This document shows positions 1 to 9,369 of a stretch of 64,000 nucleotides of DNA, piece after piece. The stretch covers positions 1,184,001-1,248,000 of the forward strand of contig CBDCWI010000002.1 in the NCBI GenBank assembly GCA_965223325.1, read 5' to 3'. Source of the stretch: Candidatus Multivoradales bacterium. GTDB taxonomy: Bacteria; Acidobacteriota; Thermoanaerobaculia; Multivoradales; Multivoraceae. Position numbers and translations under genes: made by a program. The notes below the pieces were generated by a model that saw nothing but the letters and a program-made list of their open reading frames with translations, was not told the origin of the DNA and ran no database searches. Each line of letters opens with the position of its first letter. Within the stretch, counting starts at the first letter, position 1.

Positions 1-1413
1 GTGGTCGTCGATCCTCGAGCGACGCCCCTGGCCAAACAAGCCGATCTGTGGATTGCTCCCCGACCCGGCAGCGACCTCGCCCTCGCCCTGGCGCTCATTC
101 GCGAGCTCTACTCCGGCGGTCACGCCGATGACGCCTTTCTCTCGGCGCACACCCGCAACGCCTCTGAACTCCGCCAGTGCGCCCAGCCCTGGACGCTCGA
201 GCGAACCGCCCGGACCACCGACGTCCCGGCGGCGGACATCGAGCGCTTCGCTACGCTCTACCGCAGTTCGAACCCGGCGGTGATTCGCTGCGGATGGGGT
301 GTCGAGCGCAACCGCAACGGCGGCTCGGCGGTCGCCGCGATCCTGGCGCTCCCGGCGGTTGCCGGCAAGTTCGCGGTGCGAGGCGGCGGCTACACCATGA
401 GCAACAGTGGCGCCTGGGACTTTCCGGATCTCGAAGACGAAACGCCTCCCGGGACACGTCGCGAGGTCAACATGAATCAGATGGGCAGCGCACTCACCGC
501 GCTCGATCCGCCGATCGAGGTTCTCTTCGTCTACAACTGCAACCCGCTCGCTACCCTTCCCAACCAGCAAGCAGTGCAGCGCGGTCTAGAGCGCGACGAC
601 TTGTTCACCGTCGTGTTCGACCCGGTGATGACCGACACGGCGCGCTACGCCGACGTCGTGCTCCCCGCAACGACCTTTCTCGAGCATCATGACCTCGCAC
701 GCGGCTACGGCGCATTCGCCATGCACGAGGTTCGTCCGGTGATCGAACCCATCGGTCAGGCGCGACCAAACCACCACGTCTTCGCTGATCTGCTCGACCG
801 TTTGAACCTCTCGACTGACGACGAAGACAGCACCCTCAGGAGCTTCCGGAACCGCCTTCTCGAAGAGCTTCCGGAACAGCGAGAGCAGCTCGCGAGCGAA
901 GGCATCGCTCGCCCGCCGGCGGGCTCGCACCCGGTTCAATTCGTCGACGTCTTCCCCAACACTCCAGACCGGAGAATCGATCTGTTCCCGGAGTCGTTGA
1001 ACGAAGAGGCACCGCTCGGACTGTTCGGGTTCCATACCGACCCTGGAAGCGAGGAGTACCCCCTCGCCCTGATCTCTCCGGCGGGTCCAAACCGCATCTC
1101 CTCGACCTTCGGCCAGCTCGACCAGCGCCTGATTCCGCTCGTCATGCACCCCGACGACGCGAGTGCGAGAGGACTCACCCCTGGCGAGCGCATTCGGGTG
1201 TGGAACGCGCTGGGTGAAGTGGTCTGTCACGTCGAGGTCTCGCGCGCGGTCCGGCCCGGAGTGGTGGCGCTCGAGAAGGGGCTCTGGCGCCACCACACCG
1301 AGAGCGGAACGAGCTCGAATTCCCTCGTTCCCGAGGCGCTGACCGACCTCGGAGGTGGCGCCTGCTTCAACGACGCGCGCGTCCAGGTCGAAGCGGCCCC
1401 TCCCAGGAGCTGA
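1..1413 (+). CDS. Molybdopterin-dependent oxidoreductase (DMSO reductase superfamily), 5'-truncated by the window edge
   Basis: Motifs VVDPR..T.LA..AD.W, RPGSDLALAL, TDTARYADVVLPAT and a C-terminal molydop-binding domain (MHPDDASARG...VRPGVV). Confidence 0.9.
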   Translation: MVVDPRATPLAKQADLWIAPRPGSDLALALALIRELYSGGHADDAFLSAHTRNASELRQCAQPWTLERTARTTDVPAADIERFATLYRSSNPAVIRCGWGVERNRNGGSAVAAILALPAVAGKFAVRGGGYTMSNSGAWDFPDLEDETPPGTRREVNMNQMGSALTALDPPIEVLFVYNCNPLATLPNQQAVQRGLERDDLFTVVFDPVMTDTARYADVVLPATTFLEHHDLARGYGAFAMHEVRPVIEPIGQARPNHHVFADLLDRLNLSTDDEDSTLRSFRNRLLEELPEQREQLASEGIARPPAGSHPVQFVDVFPNTPDRRIDLFPESLNEEAPLGLFGFHTDPGSEEYPLALISPAGPNRISSTFGQLDQRLIPLVMHPDDASARGLTPGERIRVWNALGEVVCHVEVSRAVRPGVVALEKGLWRHHTESGTSSNSLVPEALTDLGGGACFNDARVQVEAAPPRS

Positions 1414-1565
1414 CCGCCAAGGAAAGCGCGATATACTGCTTTTTGCGATTCAGCGATGTGTCCCCGAACGCGCCGCAGGCAGTTCGCTGGCACACCCGCC
1501 CGTTCCAGGGCATCACCAGCTCTTGCGGCTCGCCAGTACGCCTGGCTCCTTGGTGACCCCCCGCC

Positions 1566-3473
1566 ATGACTCAGACCGACCATTTGCCCAGCGCCCCGGC
1601 TCAATCGGCTGGTCTCGATGCAGCCGAGCGATTCGAGGCACAGGCCCGGATCCTCGATCTCTTCCGCCTCGACCGCTCCCTCGGGGAGACCCTGGGGGAT
1701 GTCTGCCGGTTGATCGAGGCCAGCTGCCCGAATTCGCGCTGCGCCATCCTGATCTGCGAACCGAAGGGCACCCGTCTGGCGGCCGCGCCGAACCTCTCAG
1801 AGCCGGTTCGCCAGGCGCTCGAAGGCGTACCCACCCACCAGGGCGACCAGAAATCGACCGCCGCGATGGCCGCCCTCGCGGCAACCACCGGGCACCCGGT
1901 GTTCATCGAGCAGATCTCATCGCACGCCGCCTGGGAGGGTTACCGTGACGCCTTCCTCGAGGAAACCCTCTCCGCCTGCTGGTCGATTCCTCTCCTCGGC
2001 CGCGCCGATGGCGAGGTCGTGGGAACAATCGACCTCTTCCAGTCGGAAGAGCGCGAACCGACCGAAGAGGAACGCCAGATCCTCGCCGCCGCCGCCGACC
2101 TGACGCGGGCGGTTCTGCAACGCCTCGAAATGCTCGAGGATCTCGTCCGCCAGACCCAGTACGACTCTCTGACCGGTCTTCCCAACCGCACGCTCTTCGC
2201 GCGTCGCCTTGGCGCCCTCATCGCCCGCGAACGCGAGGAGCGCTCGGAGTATCGCTTCGCGGTCGTTGCGCTGGACATCGACCAGCTCAAGAACATCAAC
2301 GACACCCTCGGTTTCAACATGGGCGACTACCTCTTGCGCGCCATCGGCAAGCGGCTGGTCGATTGCGTGCGCAAGGACGACACGGTAGCTCGCACCAGCG
2401 GTGACGAGTTCCTGCTCCTCCTGCGCGATATCCACCGCAACGACGACGTGGCGATGATCGCGCAGAAGATCCGCCAGCAGATCAACTCGCCATACGACTT
2501 CGATGGTCAGGGACTGTTCGTCACCGCGACTCTGGGCATTTCGGTTTACCCCTGGGATGGCGAAGACGGTCAGACTCTCCTGCGAAACGCCGAGACCGCC
2601 CTTTCGCACGCCAAAGATCTCGGTGGCAGCGGCTACCAGTTTTTCCGCCCCACCATGGTGCGCAACAAGCCCACCTTCGACGATTGGTGGCACCGTTCGA
2701 AGCTCGCCTCCGACCTACGCCACGCGCTCTCGAAGGAAGAGTTCGAGCTCTACTACCAGCTCAAGTACGACACCGAAGGCAAACACATCCTCGGTGCCGA
2801 GGCCTTGATCCGCTGGAACCATCCCGAGCTCGGCCTGCTCTTGCCGGGCAAGTTCATCCCGATGTCAGAGCAAACCGGCGAGATCATCCCGATGGGCGCC
2901 TGGGCTCTCGAAACCGCCTGCCGTCAAAACAAGGCGTGGCAAGACGCCGGCCTCTTTCGTGCCCCGGTTGCGGTCAACGTCACCGCCCAACAGTTCCGAC
3001 AGAGCGACCTCATCGACCTGATCGTGCGGGTGCTCGACGAAACCGGCCTCGGTCCGGCCTACCTCGAGCTCGAAATCACCGAAAGCCTGGCCATGGAGGG
3101 CGGCGCCAAGTCACTCAGTCGCCTCCAGGCCCTCGCCGATCTCGGCGTAAGTCTCACCATCGACGACTTCGGAACCGGCTTCTCGTCGCTCAGCTACCTG
3201 AGCCGCTACCCGATTCACACCCTCAAGATCGACCGGTCCTTCATCAAGGACATCGGAACCGGCAACGAAAACGATCACGACAGTCGTTCGCTGGTGCTCG
3301 CGATCCTTTCGGTGGCCAAGGCCCTGCAACTGGTGACCGTCGCCGAGGGCGTGGAAACCGAAGAGCAGCTCGAGTTCATGCGCGAACACAGCTGCGATCA
3401 AATCCAGGGTTTCCTGCTCGCTCGGCCCGAAGCTGTCGAACCGCTGACAGACCGCCTCTTCAAGCGCTCCTGA
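1566..3473 (+). CDS. GAF-GGDEF-EAL c-di-GMP signalling protein
   Basis: N-terminal GAF (ACWSIPL..GEVVGT), DSLTGLPNR, variant SGDEF motif, EALIRW and DDFGTGFSSL of an intact EAL domain. Confidence 0.92.
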   Translation: MTQTDHLPSAPAQSAGLDAAERFEAQARILDLFRLDRSLGETLGDVCRLIEASCPNSRCAILICEPKGTRLAAAPNLSEPVRQALEGVPTHQGDQKSTAAMAALAATTGHPVFIEQISSHAAWEGYRDAFLEETLSACWSIPLLGRADGEVVGTIDLFQSEEREPTEEERQILAAAADLTRAVLQRLEMLEDLVRQTQYDSLTGLPNRTLFARRLGALIAREREERSEYRFAVVALDIDQLKNINDTLGFNMGDYLLRAIGKRLVDCVRKDDTVARTSGDEFLLLLRDIHRNDDVAMIAQKIRQQINSPYDFDGQGLFVTATLGISVYPWDGEDGQTLLRNAETALSHAKDLGGSGYQFFRPTMVRNKPTFDDWWHRSKLASDLRHALSKEEFELYYQLKYDTEGKHILGAEALIRWNHPELGLLLPGKFIPMSEQTGEIIPMGAWALETACRQNKAWQDAGLFRAPVAVNVTAQQFRQSDLIDLIVRVLDETGLGPAYLELEITESLAMEGGAKSLSRLQALADLGVSLTIDDFGTGFSSLSYLSRYPIHTLKIDRSFIKDIGTGNENDHDSRSLVLAILSVAKALQLVTVAEGVETEEQLEFMREHSCDQIQGFLLARPEAVEPLTDRLFKRS

Positions 3474-3489
3474 ACTCCAGCAAACCAGT

Positions 3490-4590
3490 TCACCGACCCG
3501 CCGTCTGCTCGACACCGAGTTCATGCCAGCGGGCATCGATATCGAGCTCGGCGAGTTCTTCGGCGCGCGAATAGAAGCACGGTAACTCACCGTCGCACGC
3601 CTCGAGCTCGCGTTCGAGGGGATCGACCAGCAGCCAGTAGGCACTCACGCTGGCCAGATCGGCATTGTCGAGCTCGCCTTCGAAGAAGCGGCGCCAGGGA
3701 ACCCGCTCGCGCTCGAGGTACTCGTCGCGCATGGAGGCGAACAGCTCGGCTTTCTGAACTCGCTGGGTCGACGGCTCGAGCGCGGCGTTCCGGTAGACCT
3801 CTCTGAGCCGCTCGCGGTAGCGCAGGAGAAGTGCTACGACCTCGCGTTCGTCCTCCTGGCGCTGCTTGTACTCCGCCCATAGCGCTTCGTCTTTCTCGTT
3901 CTCTTCGAGCCAGCGCTCGACCCCCGCCATCTCGACGACAGTCGCAAACGATTCGTTGAACACCGTATCGCCGGGTGCGTAGACGACCTGGTGGGAGAGC
4001 TCGTGAAAGAGAAGACCAGCGAGGTCGGCCTCCGGAAGGCCAACGAAGGTATTGAGGACGGGATCTGCAAACCACCCCAACGTCGAGTACGCCGTCACGC
4101 CGCCGACAGACACGTCCCAACCACGCGCGGCCAGCCGATCGGCATAGCGCTCGGCGCGCTCCTTCTTGAAGTAGCCCCGGTAGGAAACACAACCGGCAAC
4201 TGGAAAACACCAGACCCGCGGCACCACCGAAAACTCCGGCGCTGCCACCACGTTCCAGGTCACGTACGGGCGCCCAAGATCGACGTAGGTTCGGTAGCTC
4301 TTGTTGTCTGGAAGGGAAAGGCGTCGAGTGGCGAAGTCGCGCATCGCCAGGATGCCCTCGAGCTTTCTCGTCAACCCTGGATCGAGATCACCGCTGGCGA
4401 GCAAGCGGTCGATCGGTTGGCGCTCGAGCAGAACCCGCGCTCCGCCACTCGCCGCCTGGGTGTAGTAGGAGAGCGACGAGCAGCCCAGAACCAACCCGAG
4501 CAGCAAGCTGAGGAGTAGTCCGCGCACAAGCAGGCGGCGTAGAAACGCCTTCGGGGACGGACCAATCATCTCCTGCTCGTTCGATATCAT
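3490..4590 (-). CDS. Putative zinc aminopeptidase lipoprotein (DUF2265-like)
   Basis: Lipobox-like LVLGC, WCFPVAGCVSYRGYF, AYSTLGWF.DP, HELSH + FNESFA. Start taken at ATG 4590 after GAGGGGG. Confidence 0.85.
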   Translation of the reverse strand: MISNEQEMIGPSPKAFLRRLLVRGLLLSLLLGLVLGCSSLSYYTQAASGGARVLLERQPIDRLLASGDLDPGLTRKLEGILAMRDFATRRLSLPDNKSYRTYVDLGRPYVTWNVVAAPEFSVVPRVWCFPVAGCVSYRGYFKKERAERYADRLAARGWDVSVGGVTAYSTLGWFADPVLNTFVGLPEADLAGLLFHELSHQVVYAPGDTVFNESFATVVEMAGVERWLEENEKDEALWAEYKQRQEDEREVVALLLRYRERLREVYRNAALEPSTQRVQKAELFASMRDEYLERERVPWRRFFEGELDNADLASVSAYWLLVDPLERELEACDGELPCFYSRAEELAELDIDARWHELGVEQTAGR

Positions 4591-4735
4591 CCCCCTCACC
4601 CTCTCCGAATCGACCTTCTGAAAGCCTCAAGCCCCGGCGGCACCAGGCGTGGATAAACCGAGATCCAACAGAAGCTTAGACCGATCTTGCGCCGATGTGA
4701 CTTGCGGTCGTACAAGGTGATCAAAGGCTGGGAAG

Positions 4736-5320
4736 ATGAACGACGAAAGACCCGCGGACGAAGAACTGGTCAGCGCGGCAAAGAGCGCCCCTGACGGGGA
4801 CATGAAAGCTTTCAACGAACTCGTTCGGATTCACAGAGGCCGCGTGCTGGCCAACTGTCGCTTCATCTCTCGCTCTCCGAATGACGCCGAAGACCTCGCC
4901 CAGGAAGTCTTCGTCAAAGCCTACTTCGCCTTGCCGAGGTTTGAAGGCAGATCGACCTTCAAGACCTGGATTCAGAGAATCAAGATCAACCACTGCCTCA
5001 ACTTCCTCGACAAACGTCGCGGTAAGGAATGGCTGAACGTTGAAGACCCCAGCCTGATGCACCACGAAGCCCTGCAGTTCGAATCACGCGCCGAACGCCT
5101 GACGATTGCCATGAGCGAGCGCGCGCGCATCGAGCGCATCCTCGACGAGCTCAACGAGACCCTGCGTGTACCGCTCGTCCTGCGTGACTCCGACGGCTGT
5201 TCCTACCAGGAGATCGCCGAGCAGTTGGGGATCAGCCTTTCGGCAGTCAAGATGCGTATCAAGCGCGCCCGCGAACAGTTCCGCGAGCTCTGGGAACAAC
5301 AAGAAGCAGGTGCAGCGTGA
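4736..5320 (+). CDS. ECF-family RNA polymerase sigma factor
   Basis: Region 2 (DAEDLAQEVFVKAY...F.G.STFKTWI.RI..N) and region 4 (SYQEIAEQLGISLSAVKMRIKRAR). Confidence 0.93.
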   Translation: MNDERPADEELVSAAKSAPDGDMKAFNELVRIHRGRVLANCRFISRSPNDAEDLAQEVFVKAYFALPRFEGRSTFKTWIQRIKINHCLNFLDKRRGKEWLNVEDPSLMHHEALQFESRAERLTIAMSERARIERILDELNETLRVPLVLRDSDGCSYQEIAEQLGISLSAVKMRIKRAREQFRELWEQQEAGAA

Positions 5321-5664
5321 CGATCGATGGCGGCTACGACGGTTACGACGGCGACCCCGTCGACGGCGTCGATCACCAGACGATCGAGACTGGTGAACCG
5401 ATCGGTGTTCTGGTCGATGTCGAGCTGCCGGCCAGCACCGGATTCATCGATGGCCTCAGGCGTCGCATTGAACGCCGCCGCCTGGCGAACACCGTCACCG
5501 GTCTCGCCTGGAACGGCCCCATCGTGGTTCTGCTCGAGATGTTGGGCGCCTTGTTTCAGCTCATCGGAATCGAATACCGTCATGAGGACGCGATCGACAC
5601 CACAGATCCATCCTCACCCCGCAGTTCACCGAGGGCTTCCCGCCGGAGGGACAGTAACCGATGA
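5317..5664 (+). CDS. Small hypothetical membrane-associated protein, putative anti-sigma-like
   Basis: GTGA overlap with the sigma stop and ATGA overlap with the next gene; one hydrophobic segment (PIVVLLEMLGALFQLIG). Confidence 0.65.
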   Translation: MTIDGGYDGYDGDPVDGVDHQTIETGEPIGVLVDVELPASTGFIDGLRRRIERRRLANTVTGLAWNGPIVVLLEMLGALFQLIGIEYRHEDAIDTTDPSSPRSSPRASRRRDSNR

Positions 5665-6488
5665 GTACGCTCGAACTTCTGCGAGAGCAGCTCCTCCAGA
5701 CCTGGCACGATCTCCTGACCAGCATCGTCGACTCGCTACCGGTGGTCCTGGTCGGTATCGCACTCGTCCTTCTGGCCCTTCTGATCGCCCGGTTGGTGCG
5801 CTGGGGGACCCGGGTTGCGCTCGAGCGCGTCCACTTCGACAGGGCAATCGAACGGCTCGGTCTCGATCGCTCGCTACGGCAGTTCGGAATCACCAAGCCG
5901 CTCAGCCAACTGATCCCGACTGCCGTCTACTGGTTGCTCCTCTTCCTCTTCGCGCGGACTTTCGCCGACAACCTCGGCCTGACTCCGGTCTCAGAGGCGC
6001 TCGGCACCTCACTCTCCTACGTCCCGAACATTATCGCCGCCATCGCCGTGCTACTCGCCGGGAGCTTGATGGCGCAGTTCGCTGGCTCCGGTGTCGCACA
6101 GGCCAGCGAGTCGGCAGGCCTGGAGTTCGGTCCCGCCCTCGGTCGCCTGGTTTCGGCCCTGATCCTTTTCGTCGCCATCATCATGGCCATCAGCCAGCTT
6201 CGTATCGACACCGACATCGTTCGAATCGTCACCGCCTGCTCCCTGGCCGGCGTCGCCCTCGCCTTCGCTTTGTCCTTCGGCCTGGGAATGCGTAGTACCG
6301 TCGAACAGATCCTCGCCGGCTTCTATGTGCGTAAGGTTCTCGACGTCGGGGACCGTGTCGAGGTCCACGGCGAGACCGCAGAACTGCAGGCCATCACTCC
6401 CACGCTCGCGGTTCTCGAACGTGACGGCAAGCGCTGGCTGGTTCCCAACTCGGCCCTCTCCAAACCCGGCTCACCTCCGGAGTCTTGA
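5661..6488 (+). CDS. Short MscS/CmpX-like mechanosensitive channel family protein
   Basis: TM_helix-type repeats (SLPVVLVGIALVLLALLIAR; YVPNIIAAIAVLL), ALAFALSFGLG, ILAGFY..K...GDRVEV and VPNS of the MscS beta domain; no C-terminal alpha/beta domain. Confidence 0.85.
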   Translation: MSTLELLREQLLQTWHDLLTSIVDSLPVVLVGIALVLLALLIARLVRWGTRVALERVHFDRAIERLGLDRSLRQFGITKPLSQLIPTAVYWLLLFLFARTFADNLGLTPVSEALGTSLSYVPNIIAAIAVLLAGSLMAQFAGSGVAQASESAGLEFGPALGRLVSALILFVAIIMAISQLRIDTDIVRIVTACSLAGVALAFALSFGLGMRSTVEQILAGFYVRKVLDVGDRVEVHGETAELQAITPTLAVLERDGKRWLVPNSALSKPGSPPES

Positions 6489-6668
6489 CCCGAACAGCAG
6501 TCGCGCCGCGAATCCCCATCGCCTAAGCGAACCTCCCGGCAGGGCGGGACCGTTTCGCCGCCTTGTACGAACAACCCTCGCCCCGCGGCGGGAGGTTGCG
6601 ACACAGAACTCGATCCATACCGTTTCTATCCCTACAAAACCTCCACACCGATCAAGAGGATCTACTCC

Positions 6669-7550
6669 ATGAATCTCCGCCTCAAGAACCATCTCGCCCG
6701 CGCCGCTGTGGCGCTCCTGGTCGCAGCCAGCCTCCCCGCCCTCGCTCTCGCCCACGAAGAAGCAGAGGAGAGGGAGTTCGGTTGGTTCGATACCGGCGAG
6801 CTCGCCTTCGTCCAGACCGACGGCAACTCCGAGGCCAGCAGCCTTTCGCTGCGCAACAACCTGAGCCGCGTCTGGGAAGACGCCACCTTCACACTCAACC
6901 TCGGTGCTCTGCGCGCCGAGTCGACTGACATCCGACGCTTCGCCGTCGGAACTCCCGACGCCTTCGCCATCCGCGAGGAGAAGCGCTCCGACCTGACCGC
7001 CGAGAACTACTTCATCCGCGGACGCTACGACCGGCAGATCACCGACTCGCTCTTCTGGTACGCCGGCGCCGGTTGGGAGAAGAACGAGTTCGCAGGCTTC
7101 GACAGCCGAACCGTGCTCACAGCCGGTGTCGGCAACATCTGGTTCGAAGAAGACGCCGCGCGGTGGCGCACCTGGTACGGCGCCACCTGGACCTCCCAGG
7201 ACGACATCGTCCCCAACCCCGAGATCGACGACAGCTTCATTGGCCTCCAGTTCGGCTCCGACTACGCCCGCCAGCTCGGCGCCAACTCGCTCTACGAGAG
7301 CCTGCTCGTCGTCGACCTCAACATCGACGAAACCGAAGACTGGCGTGCCGACTTCGTCAACTCCATCACCACCAGCATGACCAACCACCTCGCCCTCAAA
7401 GTCAGCCTGCAGATTCTGTACGACAACCTGCCGGCCCTCGAAGCCGTCGAGCTCATCGACATCACCGGCGCCTCGACCGGCACCGAAGTCTTCGGTTCGC
7501 TGGACGAGATGGACACCCTCCTGACCGCCTCGCTGGTCGTTAGTTTCTAG
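6669..7550 (+). CDS. DUF481 (YdiY-like) outer-membrane beta-barrel protein
   Basis: Signal peptide (LPALALA), GELAFVQTDGNSEASSL, alternating beta-strand pattern, C-terminal Phe. Confidence 0.8.
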   Translation: MNLRLKNHLARAAVALLVAASLPALALAHEEAEEREFGWFDTGELAFVQTDGNSEASSLSLRNNLSRVWEDATFTLNLGALRAESTDIRRFAVGTPDAFAIREEKRSDLTAENYFIRGRYDRQITDSLFWYAGAGWEKNEFAGFDSRTVLTAGVGNIWFEEDAARWRTWYGATWTSQDDIVPNPEIDDSFIGLQFGSDYARQLGANSLYESLLVVDLNIDETEDWRADFVNSITTSMTNHLALKVSLQILYDNLPALEAVELIDITGASTGTEVFGSLDEMDTLLTASLVVSF

Positions 7551-7552
7551 GG

Positions 7553-7667
7553 GTCTAGCGTTCCCGTGGTTTGCGGCCTTTGGGACGCGCCCGTGTTGGT
7601 GTGAGGTGGTGTTGATGGAGAGACGACCCAGCGATCGAGGTTCGTCGTTACCACGGGAACGCTAGAC
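7553..7667. mobile_element. MITE/REP-like element with 18-bp perfect terminal inverted repeats containing CTAG
   Basis: GTCTAGCGTTCCCGTGGT (7553-7570) is the exact reverse complement of ACCACGGGAACGCTAGAC (7650-7667). Confidence 0.6.
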
Positions 7668-7951
7668 GTCACATCGGCCGCGCAAGCGGTCCAACGCGCG
7701 GGCCGCCGCCGCAGGCGAACGCCCTGTACCTGCGATCGGCACACTGCAAGGGGCCGGCGCGCGCGGCGGATTCTGGGCTCCGATCGAACGACGGCTCCGA
7801 AGCCAGCGATGCGAAGACCGCCGCGCAGGAGGAGGAGCTGCCCGAATGGCACACGACCGTTGGGGACGCGCCCGTGTTGGTGAGAGGTGGTGTTGATGGA
7901 GAGACGATCCAGCGATCGAGGCTCGTCGTTACCACGGGAACGCTAGACGTC
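7582..7951. repeat. 89-bp direct repeat, two copies (7582-7670 and 7863-7951)
   Basis: GGGACGCGCCCGTGTTGGTG...ACCACGGGAACGCTAGACGTC repeated at 281-bp offset with 3 mismatches. Confidence 0.95.
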
Positions 7952-8055
7952 GTCGAAACCGGAAATCAACAAATTCAAAGATTTCTATTCTTCGTGCTAA
8001 GATAGACGCGGTCCGAGCCCCACACCCACCGACCCCCCGGCCCGCCTACCGCCCG

Positions 8056-9369
8056 ATGAAAACCATCCTCCTCGTCGACTTTGACCGCGAGCTCCTGGAG
8101 TCGCAGGCGCGGGCCTTCCGCGCCCACCGCACTGCCTGGGAGCTCCTGCTTGCCGAGAATGGCCACCAAGCGGTCCAGGTTCTCGAGAACCGCGCGATCG
8201 ACCTCCTCTTCACGGCCCTCGAGATGCCGGTCATGGACGGTTTCGAGCTCATGAGTCACGTCCTGCGCCTGCAGCCTGATGTCCCCGTCGTCATGTTCGC
8301 ACCCGCCGAGAGCGGCCTGGCGCCCGAAACGCTCGACATCCCCGGCACCTGTGACGTGCTCGTCAAACCGCTCTCGACCGACGGTGCGTTCAACTATGCA
8401 CGCACACACTTCGCCCGCGGACTTCGCGGCCACCTGAGCGGCATCAGCCTCTCCGGTGCCCTTCAGCTTCTCCACCTCGAGCAGCGCAGCTGCACGGTCA
8501 CGGTTCGCAAGAAGGGTCAGGTCGGCACCTTCGAACTGCAAGATGGAGTCCTCACGCACGCTTCCGTCGGAGGTCTCAAAGGCGAGGAAGCTGCGATCCA
8601 GATCCTCACCTGGCGCCACCCCGACCTCGAAGTCGTGGGACTCGCCACCAGCCCGTTTCACACCGTCAGTCAGCCGCTCGAAGGTCTGTTGATGGAAGCC
8701 GCGCGCCAGCACGACGAGTCGCGTCGTGACCTGCCCGACCTCTCCAGCCGGTGGCTGGCGAAAACCGAAGGCTCGAGCTACATCCCGCCGTTCGAACTCC
8801 GGCCGAAGCAAAGCCGCACCGTGCGCAGCCTGCTCCAGCGCGTCATGATGATCGAGGGCACCCTCGGCGTCGGCCTGATGGACACCCGCTCGGCCTCCTG
8901 CGTCATGAGCGAGAGCGTCCGACTGAAGGAGTCTTTCGACGAGCAGGCGGCCCAGACCGTCATGCTGGTGCGCGATCGTCGCTACGGGCTCGGAGCCGAC
9001 TCGGGCGATCCGAGTCTCGATCGAATGGTCGTGGAGCTGCACCGCCACATCGAGGTGTTTCAAAGCCTGGAGGGCGTTCCGCTCGGCCTCTACCTCCTGG
9101 GACGCCGGCACCTGACCGTGCCATCAGAGGCGATCGAAACCATCGAGCGCATCGCCGCCAAGATCAGCGACGTGCTGGTCGACCCCGATCCCGCCCAAAG
9201 CAACCTGCCGCGGCTGATCAAGACCGCACCGGCCAACTCAGACAAGAGCCGTGAGCGACCAACCGACTCGACGACGAGAAAGCGCACCGACCCTCCCGCC
9301 GGAGAGAACGCTTCAGTCGTTGACGAGGACGACCCGGTTCCGCCCCTGACGGCTCGCAACCGTCAGTGA
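8056..9369 (+). CDS. Pseudo-receiver + DUF4388 (PATAN-like) + Roadblock/LC7-like protein
   Basis: REC fold (ILLVD..DLLFTALEMPVMDGFEL..KP), DUF4388-like (GHLSGISL..LQLL..E..SCTV..G.L.HA..GEEA..IL.W) and Roadblock-like (IEGTLGVGLMD...LYLLG). Confidence 0.75.
   Translation: MKTILLVDFDRELLESQARAFRAHRTAWELLLAENGHQAVQVLENRAIDLLFTALEMPVMDGFELMSHVLRLQPDVPVVMFAPAESGLAPETLDIPGTCDVLVKPLSTDGAFNYARTHFARGLRGHLSGISLSGALQLLHLEQRSCTVTVRKKGQVGTFELQDGVLTHASVGGLKGEEAAIQILTWRHPDLEVVGLATSPFHTVSQPLEGLLMEAARQHDESRRDLPDLSSRWLAKTEGSSYIPPFELRPKQSRTVRSLLQRVMMIEGTLGVGLMDTRSASCVMSESVRLKESFDEQAAQTVMLVRDRRYGLGADSGDPSLDRMVVELHRHIEVFQSLEGVPLGLYLLGRRHLTVPSEAIETIERIAAKISDVLVDPDPAQSNLPRLIKTAPANSDKSRERPTDSTTRKRTDPPAGENASVVDEDDPVPPLTARNRQ

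Noticed and set aside
1414-1565. c-di-GMP riboswitch or sigma54 promoter upstream of the GGDEF-EAL gene
   Set aside because: No GEMM-type core is visible; TGGCAC at ~1488 lacks the -12 TTGC.
4695-4726. Autoregulatory ECF promoter (TGTGAC...GATCA) upstream of the sigma gene
   Set aside because: Plausible, but no second matching copy in the window to support it.
7582-7951. CRISPR array
   Set aside because: Only two 89-bp units with a ~190-bp spacer and no cas genes; sizes do not fit.
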